Positions 11,239 through 21,206 of a stretch of 64,000 nt of DNA are shown one piece after another (position 1 is the stretch's first letter; every line of letters begins with the position of its first letter). Under the pieces are notes generated by a model. It was not told the origin of the DNA, searched no databases, and worked only from the letters and a program-made list of their open reading frames with translations. The stretch lies in NCBI GenBank assembly GCA_963801165.1, contig CAWDDT010000009.1, forward strand, positions 224,001 through 288,000, read 5' to 3'. This DNA comes from an uncultured bacterium (lineage in GTDB: Bacteria > Actinomycetota > Acidimicrobiia > Spongiisociales > UBA5794). The translations under genes and the position numbers were made by a program.

Positions 11239-12552
11239 CTAAGCGCTTGCGCCCTCTATCCCCTCGAGCAGCTGCTTGGTGTACCAGATCTGCACGTCGC
11301 TGGCCTGCTCACCGTCGGCCAGCCACGGCGTGCCGTCCTGGTAGTTGATCGGACCAACCCAGAGGTTGATCGACCCGTCGCCGAGACCGGAGATGAAGCT
11401 GTCGAGCGACGTCTGGGCATCGGCCGAAAGAGCGTCGCCGGAGAGCCAGCCAATATTCGACGTGTCCTGATCGTTCAGGTTGTTCCAGTCGGGTCCTGTC
11501 CAGCTGAAGCTGGGGGTGAAGGTGCCATCGATCACGGAATGGGCGACTGTCAGATAGGACGGCCCCCAAATGAAGTATGGGACACCGAGACACGCAGACG
11601 GAGCCTCTGAGCATGCGTCCTGATAATCGTAAGGAACGGCCCACACCGAATCGCCCGACTCCTGAGCCTGCCCGGCCCGCACCAGCGCTTCGGTCGTGTC
11701 AATCCCGGAGAGGACGACATCGGCGCCTCCCGCCAGGAACTCGTTGGTCACCTGAGTCGGGTCGAGGGTGAACCCGGGGATGTTGAACCAGAACCCGATC
11801 CACTTGACCTCGAACTGGAGTGTGGCCGCGTCACCACCTGCATAGTTCTCGTAGCAGTACTTTGCGCCGAGGTACGCAGAATTGACGAGACGGCGCGTCT
11901 CATCGTTGATCAGCGGACCGAGGTACGCGATGTGGCCGGTCTGGGTCGTCAGCGCCGCCGCACAGCCGGCGATCGCCTTGCCGTACTCCATCCGGCCCAT
12001 GACGTTGCCGAGATTGGTGAGTTCGGGTTTGTAGTCCTCGCCGTCCGCCCAAGCGCTGTCACCAGATGACCAGATCATCGGGGTGTCGGGGAACTGGGCG
12101 GCAGCCTCGAGGATGCCGTCCTTCATGTCGTCGGATGTCGCAAAGATGAGATTGGCGCCCTGGTCGATCATGTCGGAGACGACATCGGGGATCTTGGTCT
12201 CCGGCCGGTCGGCCGTGTTTACCTTGTCGAGAACGATCAGGTTGTCGGCGGGTAGTCCGAGCTGATCCATTACGTACAGACCTGCGTCGTAGTTGGCCTG
12301 CGACCATCCGTGATCGTTCTGCGGGCCTACCAAAATCATGCCGATCTTGAAGTCCGCAGGGGCGGGCATCATCTCGCCCCCGGCTGTCGTTGTGGTCGAC
12401 CCGCCGCTGTCGGGGGCCGCCGTTGTTGTGGTCGTCCCGTTGTCGGGGGCGGCCGTAGATGTGGTCGTATCAGTGCTATCGCCGCCGCACGCCGCCGCCA
12501 GCAAAGCAAAGACGGCCACGATCAACACCGTTTTGCGAAGATATTGAATCAT
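11239..12552 (-). CDS. BMP family ABC substrate-binding lipoprotein (purine nucleoside type)
   Basis: Lipobox LAAAC, Thr-rich linker, GP.ND.GWSQA; ATG at 12552. Confidence 0.88.
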   Translation of the reverse strand: MIQYLRKTVLIVAVFALLAAACGGDSTDTTTSTAAPDNGTTTTTAAPDSGGSTTTTAGGEMMPAPADFKIGMILVGPQNDHGWSQANYDAGLYVMDQLGLPADNLIVLDKVNTADRPETKIPDVVSDMIDQGANLIFATSDDMKDGILEAAAQFPDTPMIWSSGDSAWADGEDYKPELTNLGNVMGRMEYGKAIAGCAAALTTQTGHIAYLGPLINDETRRLVNSAYLGAKYCYENYAGGDAATLQFEVKWIGFWFNIPGFTLDPTQVTNEFLAGGADVVLSGIDTTEALVRAGQAQESGDSVWAVPYDYQDACSEAPSACLGVPYFIWGPSYLTVAHSVIDGTFTPSFSWTGPDWNNLNDQDTSNIGWLSGDALSADAQTSLDSFISGLGDGSINLWVGPINYQDGTPWLADGEQASDVQIWYTKQLLEGIEGASA

Positions 12553-12708
12553 CTGTTTTCCCTTCTGATCTCCTGCATCGAGTGGAGGCCCGGCTGAGGC
12601 GACAGCGCCTGGAATACGGGGTGGCATATGCCCACCACGGGGAAGTTTCTGCCCTTGCTGCCCTTCCGGCCTATGGCGACTCCTTCTCGCGGGAGTTAAC
12701 GCATTGTA
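12553..12708 (-). promoter_or_regulatory. -10 box (TACAAT, 12708-12703) and about 145-nt structured 5' leader of the nucleoside/Xdh operon
   Basis: Hairpins ACTCC/GGAGT, GGTGG/CCACC and AGGCG/CGCCT lie between the -10 and the ATG. Confidence 0.45.
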
Positions 12709-13241
12709 AACCGGTGTTGAAAAACAGACCCATTCCTGGAGACCCCAACTGCCATCTTCTGGCTGGACCTGCCACAGGTGACGGCGCGTCGGACACCATG
12801 TCGGGTCAGCAGCGTCCGCCATGAGATCAATGTCGAATTGGTGCGGCGCCACAGGGACGGTCGACAGCGTTCATCTGAGAACCTGCGTCGGCGCGCCGAA
12901 GTCGCCGCGTGACTGCGGATCGGTGAGGTGCGTGGCGAGGTGTTTGGGTGGGTCGGTTCGGCCGAGATCGGTGGTCCCGAGTTGGGCGGGGACGTAGGTG
13001 AAGGCCCACCGCGGTGGGTCGGATCCGTCGCCGGGTGCGATGAGTCTTCGACAGCCGGGCGGGTCGCTGGTACGTGCCCGCGGTCCGAGCTATGCCTCCG
13101 CCCGAGGAGCCTTCGCCCGAACGGGCATTCACCAGCAAATGGGGCTGTGGCGCATGGTGGTGGGGGCGTCTCGTCGGTTGTTTGGCGTGGTCTCCGCGGA
13201 GTTCAGGTCGGCCAAAGCCCGCGCCAATCAGTTGTGTCGGT

Positions 13242-13343
13242 CTATTCGAGGAAGTCGACGAGTATCAGGGCTGTGCCGGGCCGTTCCCGCAAGGTGCGCT
13301 CGCCGAGCGGTTCGGACAACTCTCCAGCCGGTGTTTTGGTCAT
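13242..13343 (-). pseudogene. 33-codon ORF, possibly an isochorismatase-family N-terminal relic
   Basis: TLRERPGTALILVDF resembles the isochorismatase start (T.L..RP.TAL.V.D), then stops. Confidence 0.3.
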
Positions 13344-13376
13344 GGTTGTGGCAGTAGTCAGGTTATCGTTAGCCAC

Positions 13377-13874
13377 GTGACTCCGGCGACGATTGAGACC
13401 CTCTTCGGCTACAGCTACTGGGCAACTGGCCAGATACTCGCCGCTGCACAAGGCGTCTCTGACGAGGTGTTTCAGGCTCCCGCTGAGTTCAGCTACCGCG
13501 GCCTGCGCGGCACCCTGGTCCACGCCCTCGACGTAGAACGGGGTTGGCGGCTGCGAATCCAGGGCCAACCGGCCGAGGTCTATGACGCTGAGCTCCCCGA
13601 AGAGGAGTTCCCCGATGTCGCCTCCCTCGCCAGAGCATGGGCTGAGGAGGAGACCGCGATGAGAGCGTGGCTGGCGACGCTCGACGACGGAATTCTCGAT
13701 GCGACAATCGACCTGGGCCCGAGAGATCGGTTTCCTCTGGCTACCTTCCTGCTCCACATTGTCACCCACACAGCCCAGCAAAGACGCGACGCCGCTCTCA
13801 TCCTCGAGCGGGCGGGTTGCTCACCGGGCGAGATCGACTTTCTCTACTACGCGGATTCCTTGAACGCCACGTAA
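13377..13874 (+). CDS. DinB/DUF664 family protein
   Basis: LFGYSYWA, LRGTLVH..DVE..W, LLHIVTH..Q.R; TATCGT-N7-GTG leaderless start. Confidence 0.8.
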   Translation: MTPATIETLFGYSYWATGQILAAAQGVSDEVFQAPAEFSYRGLRGTLVHALDVERGWRLRIQGQPAEVYDAELPEEEFPDVASLARAWAEEETAMRAWLATLDDGILDATIDLGPRDRFPLATFLLHIVTHTAQQRRDAALILERAGCSPGEIDFLYYADSLNAT

Positions 13875-13979
13875 GACGGGCGCATCACCTCGGCGGAGGC
13901 TCACCGCCGTCCGCCGCTACCTCTTCTTTGCCCACCGCAGCGAGATCCGACGCTCCCCACCTCGACGACCAGACTACCC

Positions 13980-14060
13980 ATGCGCGTCAAAACGGTTGGG
14001 CTGGGGACATATCGGGTTCGACGCGCACAACCCAGCTCGTGTGGCACGGTTCTGGGCCGA
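13980..14060 (+). pseudogene. VOC/glyoxalase family N-terminal fragment
   Basis: GHIGFDAHNPARVARFWA is a typical glyoxalase-like N-terminus; out of frame with ATG 13980 and truncated. Confidence 0.5.
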
Positions 14061-14151
14061 CCAGCGCCAGCCCCGCCGACCAGCAGCAGACGGTGGCGAC
14101 GGCACTGGATCTCGGCGTGTGATGTCAACCGGGAGACCACGGCCGCCCGCC

Positions 14152-15171
14152 CTAGCTCGCTGTGAAACTCGCTACATACGTGTCGAGCTCGGCGAGCAAC
14201 CCCGTTTTTTCCGCCGGTGGGAGAAAGGTCGCCTGCAGCGAGTTGCGGGCGATCGCAACCATCTGGTCCTGCGACAGGTCGAGGGCGCGGTGGGTCTCTG
14301 TGTAGACGGCGCCGACGTAGCCGCCGAAGTAGGCCGGATCGTCCGAATTGATCGAAGCGTTCAGACCGAGATCGAGCATCCGGGGAAGTGGGTGATCTTC
14401 GAGCCGGGCGAAGCCTCCCAGCTTCACGTTGGACAGAGGGCAGACCGTGAGCGGGACCTGTTCGTCCGCGAGCCGGGCGACCAGCTCGTCGTCTCCGAGA
14501 GCGCGGATGCCGTGGTCGATTCTCTCCGCATGGAGCGAATCGAGAGCCCCGGAGACGTATGCGGGCGGTCCCTCCTCGCCGGCATGTGCTACGAGATGCA
14601 GATCCTCTGCCGCCGCCCTGGCAAACACATCGGTGAACAGCTCGGGCGGGAAACCGACCTCGGATGAGTCGAGGCCGACGCCGATGAACTTGTCCCGGAA
14701 GGGCAGGGCGGCCTCGAGCGTCTCCATCGCCGCTGCGGCCGGCAGATGGCGGAGGAAGCACATGATCAAGTCGACGGACATGCCCAAGTCCGCCCTGGCG
14801 GCGTTCACCGCTCCATCCATCCCGCCCAGGCACACCTCAAATGGGATTCCCCGCTCCCTATGGGTCTGTGCGTCGAAGAAGATCTCGGCCCGGCGCACAC
14901 CGTCGGCGGCAGCCCGGCGTAGATAGGCCAGCGTCATGTCGTAGAAGTCGCGCTCGGTCTGCAGCGCGGCGGCGCCGACGTAGTAGATGTCGAGGAATTC
15001 CTGGAGGTTGCCGAACTCGTAGGCAGCCCGCAGCTCTTCCACAGATCGGTGGCTGGTCAGAAGGCCGTTGCGTCCCGCGATCTGGAAGATGAGCTCCGGC
15101 TCGAGCGTCCCCTCGATGTGCACGTGCAGCTCCGCTTTGGGAAGTCCGAGTAGGAACTCATCCGACGGCAT
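14152..15171 (-). CDS. add: Adenosine/adenine deaminase
   Basis: LPKAELHVHIEG, HAGEE, RIDHG, CPLSN, INSDDPAYFGG; ATG at 15171. Confidence 0.92.
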   Translation of the reverse strand: MPSDEFLLGLPKAELHVHIEGTLEPELIFQIAGRNGLLTSHRSVEELRAAYEFGNLQEFLDIYYVGAAALQTERDFYDMTLAYLRRAAADGVRRAEIFFDAQTHRERGIPFEVCLGGMDGAVNAARADLGMSVDLIMCFLRHLPAAAAMETLEAALPFRDKFIGVGLDSSEVGFPPELFTDVFARAAAEDLHLVAHAGEEGPPAYVSGALDSLHAERIDHGIRALGDDELVARLADEQVPLTVCPLSNVKLGGFARLEDHPLPRMLDLGLNASINSDDPAYFGGYVGAVYTETHRALDLSQDQMVAIARNSLQATFLPPAEKTGLLAELDTYVASFTAS

Positions 15172-15258
15172 GCGCCCCCACCTCCTTAGGTATAAGTTTT
15201 CCGATGCTAATCGCGGGATTGCGGTGCCGTTCCGATAAGGTTCGGGTTGGGAGGTGCC

Positions 15259-16176
15259 ATGGCATCCGGTTTCCGATTCTTTGTAGGTCCGTCCCGACAG
15301 TACGGGGCTTTTCGCTGGCGTCTCGATGAGGACGCGCACAAGACCGCGATGCGCGACCTCACCTGGGATTTCGCCGAGCCCGACCAGTATCCCGAGTTGG
15401 TGGCCCGCCAGAAGCCCGGGTTCATGGCGTCCAAGGGGGAGAAGGCATTTCACGATGCGGTGAGTACGGCGGACCCCGACGAGATGCTGCGGGTCGCCGG
15501 GCAGAACCCCAAGTACATCGCGGCCGCCAACGTCATCTCGGGTCTGCTCACGCTGGAGATGTCGTTGCATCGAGGCATGGAGCTGCTGCAGACCGCACTC
15601 GGGGCGGGTGACATAGGAAAGGACCACTTCGTCCACAAGTACCTTCCGGAGGCCGGGCTCAGCGTTGTTATCGCGGAGGGTCTGATGGTGCGGCTGCCCT
15701 TGCAGCGCAACGCTATCGTCCTGCTGCTCGCCGAGCTGTTCCAGGCAGAGGGACGTGCCGGCGAGGCGCTTGCGCTGCTCGATGGAGCTGAGCCGACTAC
15801 CCACATCCTGCTCTCCAAGACCGAGCTGCTCTACCAGGACGGACGATACGACGACGTTGTTGCCGCGACGGAAGGCGTGGTCAACGACGACGACTTCACC
15901 GCACTACGCCTTGCGTACCGGGGACGCGCTCTTGCGGAGCTCGGTCGCGCCGACGAGGCCGTCTCCGTGTTCGCCCGGGTCCTCGAATATCCGAACCGGG
16001 CACCGTCGGTCAAGGTGCTGGCACTGGTGGGTCGGGGGATGATCAACCAGGCTCGCGGCGAGCTGATCCTGGCCGAGAATGACTTCACCAGGGCTCTCAT
16101 CGAGATCCCCGACGATGCCGAAGCGCGGCGTCACGTCGAGGCCCTCATGAGGCATCAGGGGGAGCAGGGAGGCTAG
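15259..16176 (+). CDS. Tetratricopeptide repeat protein
   Basis: C-terminal TPR-like helices (AYRGRALAELGRADEA; GRGMINQARGE...A..DF..AL); GGAGG RBS. Confidence 0.7.
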   Translation: MASGFRFFVGPSRQYGAFRWRLDEDAHKTAMRDLTWDFAEPDQYPELVARQKPGFMASKGEKAFHDAVSTADPDEMLRVAGQNPKYIAAANVISGLLTLEMSLHRGMELLQTALGAGDIGKDHFVHKYLPEAGLSVVIAEGLMVRLPLQRNAIVLLLAELFQAEGRAGEALALLDGAEPTTHILLSKTELLYQDGRYDDVVAATEGVVNDDDFTALRLAYRGRALAELGRADEAVSVFARVLEYPNRAPSVKVLALVGRGMINQARGELILAENDFTRALIEIPDDAEARRHVEALMRHQGEQGG

Positions 16177-16233
16177 GGATATCGGTTACCCTGCTTGCGT
16201 TTCCCGGCGCATGAGTGTGAGGAGAGGCGCGTC

Positions 16234-17904
16234 TTGCAGGATCATCCCATCTACAAACTGAGTAGCGATATCGTCGACGAGCTGGCCGCGTCGTTCCCCG
16301 ATGTTGCCACCGAGATAGGTATTGCAGGTCACGACGATCGCTGGACAGACCTGAGCCCCGAAGGGTCGGAGGAGATTGTCCGCAAGCTGCGTGTTCTCAG
16401 ACGCAAGGTCGACGCGCTTCCGGAGCCGCAGGACGATTGGGCCCGCCTCGCCATCGAGCTCGCCGAAGAGACCCTCGACGACGAAGCGTCCTTCTTCGAG
16501 TGGGGCGATCACTTGCGCAACCTCAACCCGATCGCATCGGCCCTGCAGTCGTTGCGCGAGGTCTGGGACCACATGGGGACAGAGACAGACGAGGATTGGA
16601 CCAACATCGTCTACCGGCTGGAGCGGCTCCCGGACGCCATCGAAGGCTACCGGGCCAGCCTCGACGAGGGCCGGCGCCAGGGTTTGGCGGTGGCCGAGCG
16701 CCAGGTCCGCTCCGCCGTCGAGCAATGCCGGGTGAGTGCCTCCGGAGACTCGCGGCTGACCCGGCTCCTGGCCACTCACGAGGAGGCCAACGGGGCGAGC
16801 ACCATGCAAGTGAGACTCGAGCAGGCCGTCACCGACGCTCGGGCCGCCTACGCCGAGCTCGGCGATTACCTGGCGTACACCTATGCGACCGATGCGGCGG
16901 ACAAAGACGCCGTCGGTGAGGAGAGGTACATACGGGCGGCTCACAAGTTCCTCGGTCTCGATATCGATCCGGTCGCCACCTATGAGTGGGGCTGGGAGCA
17001 GGTCGCCGATCTGTCGGCCCGGATGAGAGCCGTCGCAGCCGAGATCCTTCCCGGGGCGTCGATGGCCGATGTGGATCGGCTGCTGCGCACCGACAGCGCC
17101 CGCACGGTTCCTACCCCGGATGCTCTCGCTGCTTTCGTTCAAGAGCGGCTCGACGACGCCCTCGACCGTCTCGCCGGAAGTCACTTCGACGTGCCCGAAC
17201 CGATCCGAACGGTCACCGTGAATATCGCACCACCCGGCGGCTCCCTAGGGGCGTACTACGTCGGACCGTCCGAGGACTTCACCCGGCCGGGCAGCGTGTG
17301 GTGGTCGCTGACGCCGCAGGGCCCGTACCCCGTATTCGACGAGGTGTCGACCGCATATCACGAGGGGTTCCCCGGTCATCATCTCCAAATCGGTGTTCAG
17401 ATGGGTCTTGCGGACAAGCTGTCCAGGTTGCACCGGCTCTGGGTGTGGAAGCCGGGCTCGGGGGAAGGCTGGGCCCTGTACGCCGAGCGGTTCATGAACG
17501 AGCTCGGGTTCTTTGAGAAACCCGACTACGTGCTCGGCTGGTTGTCGGGTCAGATGCTGCGGGCGTGCCGGGTCGTCATCGACATCGGCTCACATCTCGA
17601 GCTGCCGATCCCGGTGGGACAGCCATTCCATCCCGGGGACTCGTGGACCTTCGATACCGCGGTGCAGATGCTGGTTGAGTACGCCGCGCTCGCCAAACCG
17701 TACGCCGAGTCCGAGGTCACCCGCTACCTGGGCTGGCCCGGCCAGGCGATCGCCTACAAGGTTGGCGAGAATGCCATCCTCGAGATGAGGCGCGACGCCG
17801 AGGTACGGCTGGGGTCGGGCTTCGACACGAAAGCGTTTCACGCCCGGCTGCTCGAAGTGGGTCCCGTCGGTCTGGACTTGCTGCGCAAGGAAGTCGCCCG
17901 GTAG
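16234..17904 (+). CDS. DUF885 family protein (zinc metallopeptidase-like)
   Basis: HEGFPGHHLQ, EGWALYAE, RACRVVIDIG.H, RYLGWPGQAI.YK; start uncertain (16195-16234). Confidence 0.9.
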   Translation: MQDHPIYKLSSDIVDELAASFPDVATEIGIAGHDDRWTDLSPEGSEEIVRKLRVLRRKVDALPEPQDDWARLAIELAEETLDDEASFFEWGDHLRNLNPIASALQSLREVWDHMGTETDEDWTNIVYRLERLPDAIEGYRASLDEGRRQGLAVAERQVRSAVEQCRVSASGDSRLTRLLATHEEANGASTMQVRLEQAVTDARAAYAELGDYLAYTYATDAADKDAVGEERYIRAAHKFLGLDIDPVATYEWGWEQVADLSARMRAVAAEILPGASMADVDRLLRTDSARTVPTPDALAAFVQERLDDALDRLAGSHFDVPEPIRTVTVNIAPPGGSLGAYYVGPSEDFTRPGSVWWSLTPQGPYPVFDEVSTAYHEGFPGHHLQIGVQMGLADKLSRLHRLWVWKPGSGEGWALYAERFMNELGFFEKPDYVLGWLSGQMLRACRVVIDIGSHLELPIPVGQPFHPGDSWTFDTAVQMLVEYAALAKPYAESEVTRYLGWPGQAIAYKVGENAILEMRRDAEVRLGSGFDTKAFHARLLEVGPVGLDLLRKEVAR

Positions 17905-17976
17905 CGATCCACCCGATCTGCAACCGGTTCGGTACGCCCGGGGTTCTTTCGGGTGTAACGGAATGTGGGAAGGCTG

Positions 17977-18528
17977 ATGACGAGCACTGCACTCAACCGG
18001 CGGCTGAGCACCGACCTCGACAACACGTTTCCGGGCTTCATGGCCGAGATGCAAGGTGCCGTGTTCAACGGTGCCCGGCGCTGGTTGCCGACCCGGCAGG
18101 ACGCCGAGGACGTCACCCAGGAGGTCTTTGTCCGCGCCTATATGGCGCTCCAAGGGTATCCACCCGAGCAGATCGCCGGGCTGCGGCTACGGCCATGGTT
18201 GTTTGCGATAACGCTCAACCTGTGCCGCAACCAGGCCCGCGCCAGGAGCCGGCGTCCGGTACAGGTAGCCCTCGGGCACACCGACGATGCCGCGCCCGAC
18301 GGCACCGAACAGAGCGCCATCGACGGTCTGGCCGTAGATGAATGGCGGCGACGCCTCACCCGGCTAACGGGCCGGCAGCGTGACGCCATCGTGCTCCGGC
18401 ACGTTGTAGAGATGTCGTACCAGGAGATCAGCGAAGTGCTAGGGCGGCCCGCAGGAACCGTCAAGTCCGACGTGCACCGCGGTCTGGAACGGCTGCGCGC
18501 CATCATCGACTCAGAGGAATTGTCATGA
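17977..18528 (+). CDS. ECF RNA polymerase sigma factor
   Basis: DAEDVTQEVF.RAY, WL..I.LNLCRN, region 4 SYQEI..VLG.P.GTVKS..HRG. Confidence 0.92.
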   Translation: MTSTALNRRLSTDLDNTFPGFMAEMQGAVFNGARRWLPTRQDAEDVTQEVFVRAYMALQGYPPEQIAGLRLRPWLFAITLNLCRNQARARSRRPVQVALGHTDDAAPDGTEQSAIDGLAVDEWRRRLTRLTGRQRDAIVLRHVVEMSYQEISEVLGRPAGTVKSDVHRGLERLRAIIDSEELS

Positions 18529-19280
18529 CTACACAAGAGCAGATCCTGCGCACGCTATCGCAGCAAGAAGAGCCCCCGGAGTCCATCGCTCGCGATGTGC
18601 TGGTGCGTACCGCGCTGGCCGACTTGTACACCTTGGTGGACGGTCCGGTCGGCCCCGTGTATGTGTCGTTCACGCCGATCGGGGTGTCCTCGATCGTGCC
18701 GACCGAGGACGAGAGTCGGTTCCTCACCGACCACATGAACCGGGTGGGTCGCAACGCGTACCCGGGCGACCTACCCGTCAAACTTGCCGTGCGGCTCGCC
18801 CGGGTTTTCGAGACCGGCCGGCTGGGCACGCTCCCCGTCGACCTGCGGGTGTTGACGGACTTTCAGCGCCACGTGCTCGAAGTGACCGCCTCTATCCCAC
18901 CCGGGCAGGTACGGCCTTATGGCTGGGTCGCCAGGGAGATGGGCAAAGACAAGGCGGTTCGTGCGGTCGGGTCGGCGCTCGCCCGCAACCCGGTTCCGAT
19001 CGCCATCCCGTGCCATCGGGTGGTGAGAAGCGACGGGAGCCTCGGCAACTACGCCTTTGGTGCGCCGCTCAAGCGCACGCTTCTCCAGCACGAGGGCATG
19101 ACTGAGTTCGACGAGGACGCCTACACCGGCTGCACCACGACCGGCATTTATTGTTTCGCAACCTGTAGCCATGCCCGCCGCGTGGCTCCTCGCAATCGGG
19201 TTGCCTTCACCAATCCGAGACAGGCCGAGAACGCCGGATACCGCGGCTGCAAGGTGTGCCGACCGGCACCGGCTCAGTAG
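18525..19280 (+). CDS. ogt: Methylated-DNA--protein-cysteine methyltransferase with C-terminal Ada Zn-binding domain
   Basis: RAVG.A..RNP, PCHRVV active site; C-terminal TTGIYC..TC...AGYR.CK.C.P; ATGA overlap with the sigma gene. Confidence 0.88.
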   Translation: MTTQEQILRTLSQQEEPPESIARDVLVRTALADLYTLVDGPVGPVYVSFTPIGVSSIVPTEDESRFLTDHMNRVGRNAYPGDLPVKLAVRLARVFETGRLGTLPVDLRVLTDFQRHVLEVTASIPPGQVRPYGWVAREMGKDKAVRAVGSALARNPVPIAIPCHRVVRSDGSLGNYAFGAPLKRTLLQHEGMTEFDEDAYTGCTTTGIYCFATCSHARRVAPRNRVAFTNPRQAENAGYRGCKVCRPAPAQ

Positions 19281-19443
19281 CGGCGCTGCCAGAGCATGCC
19301 GACGACAGCGCCGATCCCGGCGCCCACTCCGATCCAAATCGGATTGTCCGACCCCGCGAAGAGGGCAGTGCCGATGCCCGCCCGATAGCAATCGCGCTTC
19401 CCAAGATCAGGTTGCGCCCCTGCGGGTTGTTCTGATCCGCCAT
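19274..19443 (-). CDS. Small glycine-zipper membrane protein (about 56 aa) interrupted by a 1-nt frameshift near 19381
   Basis: MADQNNPQGRNLILGSAIAIG joins AGIGTALFAGSDNPIWIGVGAGIGAVVGMLWQRRY* in a shifted frame. Confidence 0.6.
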
Positions 19444-19493
19444 AGTCGAACGGTAGACGATCTCTTGATGGCCAATCCAGTTAGATTTGTCGG

Positions 19494-21206
19494 ATGGACT
19501 CCGAGCAGCTCATCGAGACGATCCGGGAGTCGGTCATCGGCAAGGACGAGGTGGTCGACGGGCCGTTCGGCCCGCGCAAGGTCACCTATGCCGACTACAC
19601 AGCATCGGGGAGGTCGCTGACCTTCATCGAGGATTACATCCGCGAGGCGGTCATGCCGTTGTACGCCAACACCCACACCGAGTCCTCAGGGACGGGGCTG
19701 CAGACGTCCCGTTTTCGTGAGGAGGCCCGGGGCATCATCCGCCGCTGTGTCGGCGCCGGCGACGACCATGCTGTGTTGTTCTGCGGTTCGGGGATGACGG
19801 GGGCGATTGACCGTCTGATCCATGTGCTCGGGATCCGCATCCCCGACAACCTCGAGGATCGGTACCGGCTTTCGCAGTACATCCCACCCGACGAGCGACC
19901 GGTCGTCTTCATCGGCCCTTACGAGCACCACTCCAACGAGCTGCCCTGGCGTGAGTCCATCGCCGACGTCGTCACCATCCCCGAGGATGCCGACGGCCAT
20001 ATCGACCTGGCGCGTCTCGAGGATGAGCTGACGCACTACGCAAACCGGGAGGTCAAGATCGGGTCGTTCTCGGCGGCGTCGAACGTGACCGGGATAATCT
20101 CGGACGTCCAGCCGATCTCGATACTGCTGCACCGTCACGGTGCACTGTCTTTCTGGGATTTTGCCGCTGCGGCGCCGTATGTCGACATCGACATGAACCC
20201 GCCCGCCAACGGTCCGGATGCAGGCCTCGCCTACAAGGACGCCATCTACCTGTCGCCGCACAAGTTCATCGGCGGGCCGGGCACTCCCGGTGTACTGGTA
20301 GCCCGCAAAGAGCTGTTCACCAACCGGGTTCCCGCAGTGCCGGGGGGTGGCACCGTTGCCTACGTCAATCCGGTCGAGCACCGCTACCTGAGCGACATCG
20401 AGCACCGGGAGGAGGGGGGAACACCGGCCATCATCGAATCGATCCGTGCCGGCATGGTGTTCCAGTTGAAGAGAGCCGTTGGCGTCGCTGCCATAAAGGC
20501 TCGCGAGGAGGACATGACCGGCCGGGCGATCGCTTCTTGGTCGGCGAATCGCCACATCGAGATCCTCGGCAACCCCAGGGCCGACCGGCTGTCCATTGTC
20601 TCTTTTGTGGTTCGGTACGGCGACCGTTACCTGCATCACAACTTCGTCGTTGCCCTGCTCAATGATCTGTTCGGTATCCAGTCGCGAGGCGGCTGCTCCT
20701 GCGCCGGTCCCTACGGTCACAGGCTGCTCGGGATCGATCTCGACAAGTCGCGCGAGTTCGAGCGGGAGATCGCCAGGGGGTGTGAAGGCATCAAGCCGGG
20801 CTGGGTGCGGGTCAACTTCAACTACTTCATCTCCGACCAGGTGCGTGCCTTCATCCTTGATGCGGTCCATTTTGTCGCCGTCGAGGGGTGGCGGTTTCTG
20901 CCCTACTACCGGTTCGATCCGCAGAGTGCGCTGTGGCGGCATCGCCAACCCCTGGCCGAGCCGCCCCTCAGCCTCGACGACATCGACTACTCATCGGGGG
21001 AGATGGCGTACCGGCGCCGACCCAAGTTCCATTCCGATGATGCTCTTGCCGGCTACATCGAGGAAGCACGCAAGATCGTTGCCGGGTTGGAGGATGCCGA
21101 GGCCCCGGAGCCGCTCGGGGCGCCGGTGGTCACGGCCGACTTCGAGCATCTGCGCTGGTTTCCTTTCCCGGACGAGCTGCGCGGCGTGGTGCGGGTGACT
21201 GAATGA
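19494..21206 (+). CDS. Aminotransferase class V-fold PLP enzyme (cysteine desulfurase-like)
   Basis: YADYTASGR, YANTH, EHHSN, SPHKF.GGPG, RGGCSCAGPY. Confidence 0.9.
   Translation: MDSEQLIETIRESVIGKDEVVDGPFGPRKVTYADYTASGRSLTFIEDYIREAVMPLYANTHTESSGTGLQTSRFREEARGIIRRCVGAGDDHAVLFCGSGMTGAIDRLIHVLGIRIPDNLEDRYRLSQYIPPDERPVVFIGPYEHHSNELPWRESIADVVTIPEDADGHIDLARLEDELTHYANREVKIGSFSAASNVTGIISDVQPISILLHRHGALSFWDFAAAAPYVDIDMNPPANGPDAGLAYKDAIYLSPHKFIGGPGTPGVLVARKELFTNRVPAVPGGGTVAYVNPVEHRYLSDIEHREEGGTPAIIESIRAGMVFQLKRAVGVAAIKAREEDMTGRAIASWSANRHIEILGNPRADRLSIVSFVVRYGDRYLHHNFVVALLNDLFGIQSRGGCSCAGPYGHRLLGIDLDKSREFEREIARGCEGIKPGWVRVNFNYFISDQVRAFILDAVHFVAVEGWRFLPYYRFDPQSALWRHRQPLAEPPLSLDDIDYSSGEMAYRRRPKFHSDDALAGYIEEARKIVAGLEDAEAPEPLGAPVVTADFEHLRWFPFPDELRGVVRVTE

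Noticed and set aside
12370-12480. Repeated ACCACAACAACG-like units
   Set aside because: They encode the Thr-rich linker of the BMP lipoprotein; not a CRISPR or tandem-repeat element
12612-12682. Purine-riboswitch-like words on the + strand (GGTGG-CATATGC-CCACC, AAGTTTCTGCC)
   Set aside because: Antisense to the operon; extra bases between P2 and J2/3; no convincing P1 or P3
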